Assembly (NCBI GenBank): GCA_965218095.1
Contig: OZ244587.1
Span: 5,920,001 to 5,984,000, forward strand
Length of the DNA: 64,000 nt
Direction of reading: 5' to 3'
Source: Candidatus Poribacteria bacterium
Lineage (GTDB): Bacteria > Poribacteria > WGA-4E > PCPOR2b
Positions 50,116 through 61,946 of this stretch are shown piece by piece. A program made the position numbers and the translations under genes. The notes beneath the pieces were generated by a model. It made no database searches, had not been told where the DNA came from, and was given only the letters and a program-made list of their open reading frames with translations. The number at the start of each line of letters is the position of its first letter. Position 1 is the first letter of the stretch.

Positions 50116-51848
50116 ATGGCATTAAAAGAAATTACCCACGCAACACCGTTCATCGTTGATAAGAATTTGGGCTCTAGGTTCTGTTGACATTTCAAGGGAG
50201 CCATATAAGAGTGGAGACAAAGCTGAGAAATCCAAAATAACGGACAGCTAGCTTCTCAAACCGAGAGAAGATACGACGATACCATTTTATCTTGTTGATG
50301 AAACATTCAACCCGATGTCTCTCTTTGTATAAGTGTTTGTCATACGTTCTTTGGTCAACACGATGACTTTTTGGCGGTATCACCGCAATCGCTCCATTCG
50401 CCTCAATAACCGCGATAAAAGCGTCCGAATCGTACCCCTTGTCTCCAATCACATATTCACTGTTATATCCGATTATCAACCCTTCCGCCTCAGTTATGTC
50501 ATGTCTCTGACCGGGTGTCAGATGAATTCTTAGGGGATTGCCTAGTCCGTCAACGGTGATGTGAATTTTTGTACTGAAACCGCCCCGAGACCGACCTAAT
50601 GCTTGGTTTTCAGTGCCACCGTTTTTTTAAGGCACCAGCCGCAGACGGGTGAGCGCGGCAGATGGTACTGTCCACAATAAGCGACTCGATATCGGGGTCA
50701 GAGGCGAAGTGGGGGTGCATCTGTGTGAAGATACCTTTGTCGCACCATCGAGCAAAACGCTTGTAGCGGGTGTTCCATTTGCCATAGGTGTCTGGTAGAA
50801 GTCTCCATTGAGCACCGCTACGAGTCACCCACAGGACGGCTTCGACGAAGCGGCGTGTAGCAGCTTCGTCGCCAACATAGATGGTGGGACAGCTAAGAAG
50901 AAACCGGTATATCTTATTCCATTGGTCATCAGGTAAGGTTATTGGCGTCATTCTTCTATTATGCCACAACCTTATACTCAAATGTCAACAGAACCTAGTT
51001 TTGACCTGGACTCAGCGGACTTAACCCGAACCAACGCAGACTTAACCCGAACCAACGCAGATGGTAAACCGGTCATCGAACTCACCCAGGAACAGAAATA
51101 CATATTCGATACTAGAGGGTGGCTTGTGATTCCAGGCGTGCTGACGGGGGATGAGATCGAGGAGATGCGGGATTTCTGCTGCCGTCTGCAGCAGGACCCG
51201 GACTCCATTTCTGAACACGAACGATCGGCCCTCAGAGGTCCCCTACAGAGATTGGCAGATCACCTGCTCGCCGTCGGCTTTATGAACGAATTTGTGGCGC
51301 ATCCGCCGCTGGCAAGCCAGAATTGCTATGGCTTCCGGATGGAATCTTGCCGCCTATTCTATCGCACGGTCGGTGATGGGGCATTCGGCCCGCACAACGG
51401 AAACGAGATGTTGCGGTTTCCAGGCGATTCGCACCTCTACCGATGCATCCCCGGCAAGGCACACAGTGGCCTAACCCGTGTTGCCTGGGAGCTGAATCTG
51501 GTGAAGAAAGGACAGGGCGGGACACTGTTCATCACTGCCAGCCATAAGTCGGTATATACCGCGCCTGAGAGTGTTCGGGGTGCGAACTCACTACTTTGGG
51601 AAACCTATTCCTGTCCTGCCGGTTCATTGATCTTTTTCACAGAGGCGATCACGCATAGCGGTACACAGTGGATCAACAGGGAGAACGATCGGGTTGCTAT
51701 CTTTAGTTGCTATAACACGGTTAGCAGCAAGTGGCACGACTGGGACCCACATCCAAAACTGCTCGCCTCCATGCCACCTAAACGCCAGACTCTTTTCCGC
51801 CCTGTCCATGCTGCAAACAACTTAATCGACGCCGAATATCGTCACTGA
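50116..51848 (+). pseudogene. PhyH-family oxygenase with its 5' end interrupted by IS5; coding body 50996-51848 is open
   Basis: RBS plus MALKEI... at 50116 and PFIVDKNLGS join SFDLDSADL across the IS. Body motifs QKYIFDTRGW, PHNG and FFTEAITH. Confidence 0.7.
50177..50995 (-). mobile_element. IS5-family element with a two-ORF transposase (programmed -1 frameshift)
   Basis: Perfect inverted repeats GGTTCTGTTGACATTT in a CTAG/TA target. orfA contains GAQWRLLP...WNT...RFARW; slippery A7C; orfB contains GDKGYDSD and YKERHRVECFINKIK. Confidence 0.92.
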
Positions 51849-51977
51849 TTAAAGGGGGTGTTGGTATTTCGTATTGCGTATCTTCTACGCGCTACGCAAT
51901 ACGCAGCACATCGGAGCTGCATTTCCAAAGCGAAGACAAAATGTCAACTTAACTCTCTGGGGAAATGAACCCTTTCC

Positions 51978-53300
51978 CTATAATTTTTCTAAAACCTTTT
52001 CCGTTATGTCTAAAGTGCGTTCAATATCTTCTTCCGTATGGGCAACAGAAATGCTCCCTTGCTTTGTGGGAAGCGGGAAATGAAAGACACCTTCTTCAAT
52101 TAAGACCGTCCTGTATTTTTTATCCCTATCCATATCGTGGGATTTTGCAATGGCCAGCCAATTGGTGGGGGCTCTTTCCATGAAGTAAACGACAAACGCC
52201 GAACCCTGTCGGGCAACCGTCGATGGGAAGCCTGTTCTTGCCAATAACGGATTTAAACCATCTTCCATCATCTGGCCGAGGCGTTCCAGATGACCGTAAA
52301 TCTCCTGCTGCCGTATCTTCAATTTCTTGAGGGTCGCGATTGCTGCTGCCGTTGGAACCGGATGGGCGTTATAGGTTCCCGCGATCATCACTTTCTTAGC
52401 GGGCTCTGAATGGTTAAAGTATTCCATATATTCCCTTTTGCCCCCGATTACGCCCAATGGGTATCCGTTGGCAACTGCCTTTCCGAAAGCGGACAGGTCC
52501 GGCTGTACTCCACACAGAGACTGATAGCCTCCTAGGGCATAGCGGAATCCCGTTTTCACCTCGTCAAAGATGAGCAGGGCGCTATATTGATCGCAAAGGT
52601 GACGAAGCCCCTCAAGGTATCCTGGGTTGAGCTTGACAACACCGATGTTCTGTAAAATCGGTTCCAGGATGATGCACGCGATATTTCCTGTCTTCATCAG
52701 GTTCCCGACGGCTTCCAGGTCATTGAATTGCACCACATGAACATGGTGAGAAGCGGATTTCGGCATGCCTGCGGTAATTGGATGAAGGGGTAATTCCTGG
52801 CCCGCTTGATAACCTGCGATTCTTTCATAGCTGTCCATCAAATTAAAAGCTACATCATTATGCCAGCCGTTATATCCGCCCTGCATAATAATCACTTCGT
52901 CACGGTCAGTGACAGCGCGAGCAATCCGTAAGGCGCAAAAAGTCGCTTCCGATCCGGTATTGGTTATCTGCACCTGATCTAGCGTAGGAATACATTCTAC
53001 CAGTAAATGCGCCAACTCCCCTTCCCAGGGGGTCGTCCCCGCACCTATGAGGGACTTTTCTTTCTTTATCGCTTGAGTCACCGCAACATCAACATCCGGA
53101 TCGCTGTAACCAAGCAAATAGGGGGAAAAGGCGGCGTGATAATCGATGTATCGCTTGCCGTCGCCATCCCAGAGATAAGCCCCCTTTGCCTTCACAAAAA
53201 CGCGCATCGGATCGATGACCCGATTCAGCGAAACAACGCCCCCCGGTATCACCTTCTTTTGCTGTTCCCAAATATCTGTTGCTGTGTTCTTTGTTGTCAT
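51978..53300 (-). CDS. Class III aminotransferase (glutamate-1-semialdehyde aminomutase-like)
   Basis: Motifs GAYLWDGDGKRYIDY, NTGSEA, LIFDEVKTGFR, FGKAVANGYP and GTYNAHP. Confidence 0.9.
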   Translation of the reverse strand: MTTKNTATDIWEQQKKVIPGGVVSLNRVIDPMRVFVKAKGAYLWDGDGKRYIDYHAAFSPYLLGYSDPDVDVAVTQAIKKEKSLIGAGTTPWEGELAHLLVECIPTLDQVQITNTGSEATFCALRIARAVTDRDEVIIMQGGYNGWHNDVAFNLMDSYERIAGYQAGQELPLHPITAGMPKSASHHVHVVQFNDLEAVGNLMKTGNIACIILEPILQNIGVVKLNPGYLEGLRHLCDQYSALLIFDEVKTGFRYALGGYQSLCGVQPDLSAFGKAVANGYPLGVIGGKREYMEYFNHSEPAKKVMIAGTYNAHPVPTAAAIATLKKLKIRQQEIYGHLERLGQMMEDGLNPLLARTGFPSTVARQGSAFVVYFMERAPTNWLAIAKSHDMDRDKKYRTVLIEEGVFHFPLPTKQGSISVAHTEEDIERTLDITEKVLEKL

Positions 53301-53396
53301 TGTCTCTCCTTTTTAGGTGAGGTGTGAAACGTCAAAAATGTGCTCCTCACTCAATACACAATATCCAGTACGAATTTATAGAAAGGACAGAAATCG

Positions 53397-54101
53397 ATGT
53401 CAATAGCAATGACGCAACAGCAGGGGAAAGATTTCGAGGAAATGGGATACATCGTCCTTGATAACTTTTTGACCCAAGAGGAGTTAGACCGATTACTAGC
53501 AGCTGTCGATGAGGCGGGCGTTAAGGCCTGTCGCGCCGAAGGTATCGGGCCCAATGGCCCCTTTGCCATCCGCAATGCGTTAGCCCATCACGAGGCGTTC
53601 CTCGACCTGATTGACCATTCCAGAATGCTGCCGTTAGTCGTTGACGCCATCGGCTGGAACATCCAGATTCGAACCACTCACCTCGACTATCGGCCACCTT
53701 ATCCAAAAGACCTGCAGGCTGGCGATGTTGGCGTTGGGAATGGAGCAGACCATCAAGCCGGCTACCGCAACCTCGCCTGGCATCCGGACCTGGCGAGCGA
53801 TTTCCTCTTCGAGGCACCTTCGCTCAACAGACGGCTGCCTTTCATGGAGATCAAGGTATTCTACGTCTTCTCGAATCTGAGTGAATCCAATTGTGGTAAC
53901 CTCTAGTTCGTACCGGGCAGCCACAAGCGCCCCCCATAAGAACTGCGGGAGATGCAGCGCAGGGTAGATGCCTCCGAGGCGGTCGAACTCAGGCTGCCAC
54001 CAGGGACTGTGGCGCTGTGGTGCACAGCCACTTGGTACTGTGTCAGCCCGAACCTGTCGGACAAAACCTGTAAGATCATGCACGTTGGCTACTACGAATA
54101 A
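53397..54101 (+). pseudogene. PhyH-family dioxygenase pseudogene
   Basis: WHPD motif; GNL*FVPGSHK with TAG at 53904 and a further TAA downstream. Confidence 0.8.
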
Positions 54102-54204
54102 AGGCGAGTCAGCTTTTTTGAAATTTTGAGATCATGTGGGTGTACTACAAGCCGTGTGAACACAAGTGAAGAAGGCAGAATGCCACACAAGTAGGGGTAT
54201 TGGC

Positions 54205-55812
54205 TCATCGAAGGACGTTGCTCTCAATACGCAACGCCGTGCCTTGCGGTTCTACCGTTGTTAATATCACCCGATGAATCTGCGCATCGTTTTCAGAGGC
54301 ACCGTCCTTGATATTATTCATCATGAACTTGACCGGTCCTCGGCTCCGATTGGGCAGAAAAACTCGATAGGTAACGTGTTCCTGCATCCGGTGAGGGGCG
54401 GAGAAGCCGGGAACGGTGAAAACAAGTTGATCCTCCACGTGCAATTCCAGCGCCAGCCGGGGTGTGAATTCGCCGAAAGACAGTGCTTCATTGAACATGC
54501 TGATCTCAAACTCAATCATATTAAATGAGTTTTGCATGGTCGGCAATTGCCACCCTGCAACCTTTCCGCGTTTGGCTAACGAAAATGATTTGTCGCGCGG
54601 CCCAAAAAGCCCGTCCCTGCCGACGTCGAAACACAGTCCGTCCTGTTGAATCAAGTCACACTCGGGACCAGGCAGGGGTTGCCAACCATCAAAAAATCCA
54701 TGAAAAGTCAAAATCTCTTGCGCTATTTCGGGCGATTGTCGCTGAAGGGGAAAAATCGTTACGCGGGACTCACTAATAGTGGCGCCCAGCGGCGGCGGCA
54801 ACGCTTCTACACCTTTGTTCGTGAGGTGAAAACGATTCCCGATAATCCTGGCCCCGGGGCCATTGGTATTATAGGCGCAAAGGAATGTGCCATCCGGCAG
54901 TTCAACGACGCTTGAGTGGCCGCCGCCCTCATTCAGTTCGAACGGTTCCGACCATGTGCGGCCTTCGTCACTGCTCAGACGTATCCTGGGCCCGTGCTCA
55001 GTCATAACGATCACACCTGATTTCGCCCGTAGCAGGAATGGCGCGTGAACCGTGAATGGCAATCGCTGTAACCCGCTCCAGGTTCTGCCGTAGTCGTTGG
55101 AATAGGAGGAGTATGCCCTAAACCAGTGATTGGGTTTGGAGGTGCCTTCTATAATGCACAGCAGCCTACCGTCCTTGAGGACAATGATGTCGGGTTCGGA
55201 ACTGTTAAAACCGGCATCCTTGCCAATCGTGGCCGAGTGCATCCAGGTCTCGCCGCTGTCGTGCGATATGACGGTTGCGCCAAACGATGCCCTCCCAGCT
55301 TCGATGGTATATAGATAGTAGGGCATGATGACGGCTCCGTTGGGCAAAAGACGCGGGGGCGAAAAGCAGGCAGAGCCCATGCCGAATTGGTCGCATGCCT
55401 TCACCCGCCAGGGTTTGCTCCAAGTCTTGCCGTTGTCGCCGGATTTCGCCTGAAATGCCGCGCAATGCGTTGTCTTGCCCGGCGGCGTAATATATTCACG
55501 TGCCGGCCAATGCCAGATCACAAACCATATCGCGAGGAGCGAGCCATCCTGAAGCTGTGTGACACTGGGCCCCCGGTCGTCATAGGGCGTGTCGGCGAGC
55601 AGGTGGGGTTGGCCCCAGGTGACGCTGTGATCCGTGGATCGTACGTATTCGATCCAGCCGCCCCTGGGTAAGTCAACTCCGGGCCGGTCGATGTGTTCGG
55701 CGAGCTGCGGATTCCATCGCTGCGAGTAGTACACGCACAACAGATCGCCGTTCTTGAGTTGCACCAGCTTTGGTGTCCAGGTTGCCCGCCCCGGCTCCTC
55801 CTGGGCGATCAC
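54205..55812 (-). CDS. Sialidase-like BNR/Asp-box beta-propeller protein (5' end possibly degraded)
   Basis: Five Asp boxes: STDHSVTW, SGDNGKTW, SHDSGETW, SNDYGRTW and SSDEGRTW. Confidence 0.8.
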   Translation of the reverse strand: MIAQEEPGRATWTPKLVQLKNGDLLCVYYSQRWNPQLAEHIDRPGVDLPRGGWIEYVRSTDHSVTWGQPHLLADTPYDDRGPSVTQLQDGSLLAIWFVIWHWPAREYITPPGKTTHCAAFQAKSGDNGKTWSKPWRVKACDQFGMGSACFSPPRLLPNGAVIMPYYLYTIEAGRASFGATVISHDSGETWMHSATIGKDAGFNSSEPDIIVLKDGRLLCIIEGTSKPNHWFRAYSSYSNDYGRTWSGLQRLPFTVHAPFLLRAKSGVIVMTEHGPRIRLSSDEGRTWSEPFELNEGGGHSSVVELPDGTFLCAYNTNGPGARIIGNRFHLTNKGVEALPPPLGATISESRVTIFPLQRQSPEIAQEILTFHGFFDGWQPLPGPECDLIQQDGLCFDVGRDGLFGPRDKSFSLAKRGKVAGWQLPTMQNSFNMIEFEISMFNEALSFGEFTPRLALELHVEDQLVFTVPGFSAPHRMQEHVTYRVFLPNRSRGPVKFMMNNIKDGASENDAQIHRVILTTVEPQGTALRIESNVLR

Positions 55813-55915
55813 CCACTAGGGTTGTTCGCGTATCGGGTCAGTTTCTGAAGGCCATGTGGCCATAGCATCCACGTTACACTCCTTTCAGAGAACAATTCGT
55901 AACATCGGAATTATA

Positions 55916-57215
55916 CTACCCCCTCTTGATCCGATCTGCGATGTGCTCGGCGATCATCACCGTGGTCAGATGCGTATTTGCACGTGGAACCTCGGGCATA
56001 ATCGATGCATCAACCACGCGCAATCCCTCCACACCAATAACGTGACAATCCGCATCCACAACAGAATCCGAGTGACCGACAGGTCCCATTCGACAGGTGC
56101 CGGCAGCATGGACCCATGTGAAACACTCTCTGAACATCCATTCGTCGATCCGGCTCTCCTCAGTGAAGGCATCGATTCCTTGGCCGGTCCTGCCGACGAG
56201 AACCTTATCCGAAATCTCCAAAACAGCAGGATGTCGGCAGATCTCAAACAGCCATCGGACGCAGTCGCGCAATCGCAGAAGGTCCTGCTCATCGGAGAGC
56301 AGTCGAAATTCGACCTCGGGGGCCGTTTCAGGGTCCGGCGTCGTGATGCGCAACCTACCGTGTGAGAAGGACTGAACCGCTGCTCCAAGGATAATACCCT
56401 AGGAGAGTTGGTTCTCTGCAAAAGGAGACATGTTGACACAGTTGAAGATCATGTCATTGGGACCTGCACCCGCGAGACCGGAGCTATACCGAACATAGCA
56501 GTTGCCCCACCGCACGTGTACAGATGAGGAACGCGACTCCGGCAGCAGATGAATCGTCATCCATATGAGGGGGTGCTCACAGAGGTTCTGCCCGACCTCC
56601 GGCGCATCCAAGATCGCGTCGATACTAAGCCTGCTCAGCTCCGGAGCTTGCCCGATGCCTGAACGCATCAAAATTGCTGGAGAATGGAATCGCGCCCGCG
56701 CTGAGTATAATCTCATTGCCGTGGATATGTGTTGATTCCCCAGAGATCCGGACGCGTACCCCAGTCGCACGTTGGCCATCAAATTCGACACGGTCGACTA
56801 GCACATCTCCAATGATTTCAAGATTGTCACGACCTCGTGCCGGTTCAAGGTGAGCGTCATTTGTAGAGACGCGGACGTTATCCCGGATGGTCATGGCGGC
56901 GGGTGAAACCCCTGTACTCCCTGGCGCGTTGTAGTCGTCTGACCAGCCATAGCCAAGGTCAAGGGTAGCTTCTCGGAGCGAAAGATCTACGGCCCCCCAT
57001 TTCTCAAGTGGTGTCCGAGAGACAGGGATGGGGCCGCCATGGCCGTGGTAGGGCTCATCTCCGAAATCGAGATCGTCCTCCAGACGGATGAAGGATGGTA
57101 AAACCTCCTCGCTTGACCAACCGATGCAGCCGAGCTTCGCCCAGATATCAAAGTCCTCGGGCATCCCCCGGAGGGCGAGCATGCCGTTAATCGCGGAGCT
57201 CCCTCCCACGCCCAC
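55916..57215 (-). pseudogene. GMC oxidoreductase (choline dehydrogenase-like), truncated and frameshifted
   Basis: GGSSAINGM, LMRSGIG, VGQNLCEHP, HAAGTCRMG and GLRVVDASIMP are spread over three frames; the N-terminal FAD motif is absent. Confidence 0.85.
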
Positions 57216-57844
57216 GCCATGAGAGTAGGCCAGCCATACTTCTCATACTTTTCCTTTTGGAGGATTAAGATGCCATCAGGAGATCGGATCTCTGGTGGGG
57301 CCTCCCTCGAATTGATGCCTGTCGATTGTGCCCTGAAACATTGTAAACGAACTTTTCAAAAAAAGCAACAACCAATTTCACCTAGAGCTATTTCACCTTA
57401 AGTCAGTGCCATTCTCCCATGACTGGATTACCTTTGGGTCATGTTTTTGGAGAAATCAAAAACCTAAATCGGTATAAGGGGTAAGGAGGGATTCTAACCC
57501 ATTACCCTGCGTGACACGAAAGTACGGGGTTTTTCGTCCAATACCAACAGCCATCTATTTTGCCATGATGCGTGGTGAAAGTCAAGAAAACGCCTGTATC
57601 GTTAGCAGGGCGAACTATCAATACTGTCCGGCGTCTTTCCACTAACGATGATAAACAAGATCCTTTTTCGATCTTTTTTTTGAGCAATTCTTGCTATAAT
57701 GTCCACCATGCGAATGGACGGCAAAATGAAATGCGATCTGCACAGGAGTAGCTATGTCGATTAGCGGCAATACGGCGGCATGCCGTAGGCTGAATCGGTC
57801 CGGATTGTGGGACCGTCAAAAAGACGAACGAAAGGAGTTCTATC

Positions 57845-58433
57845 ATGATCGATCAACAATACCTCCTCAATGATGAGGAGATGCGGAACTTCATCAAAAA
57901 CGGGTATGTCACCGTTCATCCCGATTTACCCGATGTCCACGAGGAAATCTACCGCGAGACCGAAGCTATATTTGAGACAGAGGGCGATCTGCAGAACCAT
58001 ATCCTTCAGAAAGTTCCTGCGCTGTACCAAGCCTTTGCCCACCAGATTATTCGTGGCGCCTTGACCAACCTTCTGAGAGCGAATTACGTCATGCATCTAC
58101 ATTGCCATGCACATATCAAGCGGCCAGGACAAAAAGGCGGCGCCTGGCATCAAGACGGTCGGTCGAAAAAGTTCACAACGAAAGACCACGGATGGCTTTT
58201 TGAATGGAGACAGCATCATTGCTTTCGGTCAGTTTGGGCGTGATATTATCTGCAGGAGGCAACTGAAGATATGGGCCCGACAGCGGTTATACCCGGCGTG
58301 CAACGTGGCTGATGGCAGGATTGATGCGGCTGTGCGTGCGCTGTCGGAGGTGATGTATAACGATGAATATGCGATTATCCGCGAGTATGCAATTGCTGCG
58401 TTAGAACAGATAGACCCACCGTCTGGCACCTAA
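57845..58433 (+). pseudogene. PhyH-family (plus HEAT-repeat tail) gene remnant
   Basis: FIKNGYV and WHQD, then a stop and a HEAT-like AVRALSEVM...IREYAIAALEQI fragment. Confidence 0.65.
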
Positions 58434-58500
58434 AGTCCGATCAATTTCGGGATACGTGTAATTTCGACCCATTCTGGAAAAAATTGGATCGATACAACCT

Positions 58501-59292
58501 CTAACTTTCAACTCCTTCAAACAGGGATGAGAAGTGGCGATATGGATCTCCAGGCTCACCGAAGAGAATCTGCTGACGTGGTGTCAGTTCCACATTCTCA
58601 GGCGGTACAACGCGCCGCGAAGTCCACGCCATCTGTGACACACAATATTTATACAGCAGAGACCGTCTCTCATGCTTTCCTAGCCAAGCTGTCGTTCCAT
58701 GTGTCAGGGCCTCGGTAAATAGAATTACTGAACCTGCCGGCGCATTTGGGATGACCACACACTTAACCTTGTTGGGGGCATCATATATCTGTTGCGGTAA
58801 CTTAAAATGGCTTTTATGGCTGCCTGCAATACAGCAAAACCCGCCAAAGTCTGGCCCTGTGGCAGACAGATTCCATGCCACGACGACAAACCCGCTGGAA
58901 ATCTGGTTATCGCGAAAAGGATAGTATTCCCCTGGCCGAGATCCCGCGGTTGGGGAAGTGGCACCGTAGTCGGCATGCAGCCGCCCTGCCGGCATCCCCT
59001 CACGCATATATATCCCGTAAAGCCGATCCAGGCGAAAGCAGTCGCCCAACCGGAATCGAAGAATTGGCATAATCTTTTGATGAGTTAGTAAATCACAAAA
59101 GGGTTTTCCCCATTGTAGAAAACCCGATCCCTCTGGTGCACTGCCAAATCTTTGAATCTTTCCTGGCGCGGGTAGTTCTTGCTGGTCGATTAGCTGGTTG
59201 AATGTTGCGATTTGTTCTGGACTCAAGACATTTTCAATCACCAAGTAGCCTTGCAAATCGAAGAGGTACTGCTGCATTTGAAGATCATTCAT
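58501..59292 (-). CDS. PhyH-family dioxygenase
   Basis: Motifs YLFDLQGY, LHAD, GGFCCIAGSHK and LFTEALTHG. Confidence 0.88.
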   Translation of the reverse strand: MNDLQMQQYLFDLQGYLVIENVLSPEQIATFNQLIDQQELPAPGKIQRFGSAPEGSGFLQWGKPFCDLLTHQKIMPILRFRLGDCFRLDRLYGIYMREGMPAGRLHADYGATSPTAGSRPGEYYPFRDNQISSGFVVVAWNLSATGPDFGGFCCIAGSHKSHFKLPQQIYDAPNKVKCVVIPNAPAGSVILFTEALTHGTTAWLGKHERRSLLYKYCVSQMAWTSRRVVPPENVELTPRQQILFGEPGDPYRHFSSLFEGVES

Positions 59293-59573
59293 GATGTTGC
59301 CCTCCTGTTGACCTCCGAGTTTCAAACAGCTTCTCAAGGGGAGTTATTTAGATTTTTATTCGTATGACCTTGACGCTGTCATATTTGCCGTGCATCCACA
59401 TTTTGTCTCGGTTCCACAACGTCTTGATAGGGTATCAGCGTTCAATTGAACGTCTCTCCAGCTAGATCGCATTTCTAATGTGACGAAGGCAATTCTGGGG
59501 ATTATCGCGATATGACTTTCCATAATCTGCATAATTTCCAGTGAATCTAGTTATACTACGCTGTTAAATTGAT

Positions 59574-59702
59574 TAAGATTTACGCAACCGATGTGCAGAA
59601 CCTGCGATTTCACTGTATCCTGTGCATCTTGAATCCTGAACCGGATACAAGATGCACAGGAGGTTAGGGACATCATCGGACGGTTCAATTGCGTAAGCCC
59701 TA
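59574..59702. mobile_element. MITE-like element with an internal hairpin
   Basis: Termini TAAGATTTACGCAA / TTGCGTAAGCCCTA and a 13-bp perfect stem CCTGTGCATCTTG / CAAGATGCACAGG. Confidence 0.55.
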
Positions 59703-59954
59703 CTTAATTTTCTCTGGTCGTGTTGAGAATACAAGTCCCTTAATTTCGAAAGGGGGCTTGATATCTGTTAATAAGGGATTTGCAGTGAAGGTTAGTAAGC
59801 AATCTGGGAATTAGACTCCCGATTGGAGCTTGCGTTAGACATTGAGGTGTTGCGAATCTCAGATTCATTGAAGGTGAAAAAATATCAGTCTCATTTTGAA
59901 CTATCCCCTACAAGGCTAAATTTTATCAAGAATTTAGGGATAGTAACCATGCTT

Positions 59955-60965
59955 TCACCGCGTGCGATAATGGGCAATTGCGTCTGTGTCCAGCGTGATT
60001 CCTAACCCATTTCCCGTCGGAACAATAAAGTGTCCCGCCTCGAATTCTAGTGAGCCGCCAATTAAGTCATTATCGCGCACGAATGGCAGTTCGTCGCATG
60101 GCAAAAGGTCGTTGGTCAAGGTGGCCTGCAGATGTGTTGAGAACGCTGCCTGAATCCCCAAACACAATCCACCGGTTTGCAGCCAGATCGGGCATCCGGC
60201 CGCCTCGGCAATGGCAGCGCATTTTTTGATCGTTGCGACGTTGCCGCTGATATTGAAGCGGTCTACTGCCTCCCCCTTGACCGCACGGAGCACAGCATGG
60301 GGATTGAGGAGGTGCAGCGCCTGCGGGATGTCAGTCTTGTGGCGCAACAACGAATACCACGCCACATTGAAGTTTTCTTTCTCCACCGGATCTTCAAAGC
60401 ATTCTATATTGTAAGGCGCAAGTTCCCGGGCCAAGCGAACCACCGTGGCGGGATATTTGAACCCGCAGTTGGGATCCACGCGAATTGCGTAATCCACTCC
60501 CTCCGTTGCTTTAGTCATCAGTTCTGCCTGCCGCACGATGTCGTCGGAGTGTGCTTTGAGTTTGTGAACGGTGAATCCGCGCGCTGCTGCCTTTTCCGCT
60601 TCCTTTGCTGTCTCCTCGGGCGCCATGTGGCATGACCAGTAGGCGACCGGTACTTTGTCGCGCACTTTGTCGCCAAGCAGCCGCCAGACCGGTATGTCCT
60701 TTGCCTGCGCGACGATGTCGTACAAGGCGGACTGCCATGGAGCACTCGCGCTTTCCAGTTCTATTGTCAATGGATCTTTGCCGATGAATCCATCTACATC
60801 CCGCTCAATTGCATCGCGCGGTTGCCAGATTTCCCCCATACCAATCAGACCCTCGTCGGTATGGACCTGTACAATGGTATGTTCGAAATCGCTGTGGCCA
60901 ACATTGCGGATGGGGGCAATATACGGGATGAACACTTCGATCAGTTCGACATTGGTTATTTTCAT
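59955..60965 (-). CDS. Mandelate racemase/muconate lactonizing enzyme (enolase superfamily)
   Basis: Motifs VHTDEGLIGMGE, PVWRLLG, HKLK, RVDPN and FEDP. Confidence 0.9.
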   Translation of the reverse strand: MKITNVELIEVFIPYIAPIRNVGHSDFEHTIVQVHTDEGLIGMGEIWQPRDAIERDVDGFIGKDPLTIELESASAPWQSALYDIVAQAKDIPVWRLLGDKVRDKVPVAYWSCHMAPEETAKEAEKAAARGFTVHKLKAHSDDIVRQAELMTKATEGVDYAIRVDPNCGFKYPATVVRLARELAPYNIECFEDPVEKENFNVAWYSLLRHKTDIPQALHLLNPHAVLRAVKGEAVDRFNISGNVATIKKCAAIAEAAGCPIWLQTGGLCLGIQAAFSTHLQATLTNDLLPCDELPFVRDNDLIGGSLEFEAGHFIVPTGNGLGITLDTDAIAHYRTR

Positions 60966-61169
60966 TAAAATCCTCGCGGCGAAAGCCCTGCTTTACGCAT
61001 AGGAACGCGCCACGCTCCTTTGTTACCAGGTGAATAAGGTGGCACCCATTTTGTGCCTCTAAATGGTTGTCATAAGTACCAAGTGCTTTGAAGCATAAAT
61101 ACTCGGGCAGTTGCCCTAGATCCCGATCGAAGATTCGGGATCAACCATTGTCCATTTAACTGTCCAAAT

Positions 61170-61712
61170 ACTCCTGATGGTCAGTTCACAGTCTGCTAGG
61201 CGAATATTGACATTTCAGAAACGCGACAACTCGTTTTAAAGAGGAATTGGATGATTAACTTCGTTTTGCGCGACTGAGCGGCATCGATAATTTGCTTGAC
61301 TTTATCTTCTGTCAAGTATTGGTCGGGGAAAATGACATTATCGAGATGATAAGACGGTATCTGCTCAAAAACTTTCTCAATGGCCATGTTCAACCAGATA
61401 TTGTTTTCCCCTAGTGCGGCCTTGATGGACTTCATCAATGCCGATTTTCGCACGTTTAACGTGGCGGCTCTTAACCGTGGCCGAATCTCATCAAAATACA
61501 AAGAAAGCGCCCCTTGCAAGACATGCAAGCCATGAGCGGCCAAAAATCGATTGTAGTCCCGGATAACCGATCGATACGTTGCCTTTGAGTTTTGTGAAAG
61601 CCCATTTTCTTGTTTTGATGAGAGAGCTTCTCAACGATGTTTTCATCCAACTGGTAAATCGGTTGTGTGATCTTCCGGTTGTTCGGCAAATGACTGAGAT
61701 TTTCCATTTCAA
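61170..61712 (-). pseudogene. Tyrosine recombinase/integrase remnant
   Basis: YLTEDKVKQII...LIIQFLFKTSCRVSEM (catalytic-Arg box). Frameshifted, with no C-terminal H-x-x-R/Y found. Confidence 0.6.
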
Positions 61713-61946
61713 CCCTTCCGTTTGGGGCGGAATATCTATATAACAAAATTGACTTTATGATATAGAATAGCAGATTTCACCCCTACCGTCAACACTTTTT
61801 CGTTGACACCAAGGGGCAATTTTGCTACGATGGCATCCATCTTAGCACAAAAAAGAGGGATATGCAGAGAAACCCAAATTGCTCAGACTGAAAAACTCAG
61901 TCTCTTATTGGTTCCTTGTTTGCAAATTCAAAAGCTGGGGGCAGAA

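Noticed and set aside
49811-50125. LysM-like ORF
   Set aside because: Only a short fragment (VVVKEGQHIQDLAAEYL..W.EILRVN) resembles LysM and there is no clear start. It is probably a remnant, too weak to call.
61170-61712. Prophage or integrative element boundary
   Set aside because: Only a truncated integrase fragment is present, with no tRNA/att repeat or phage genes nearby.
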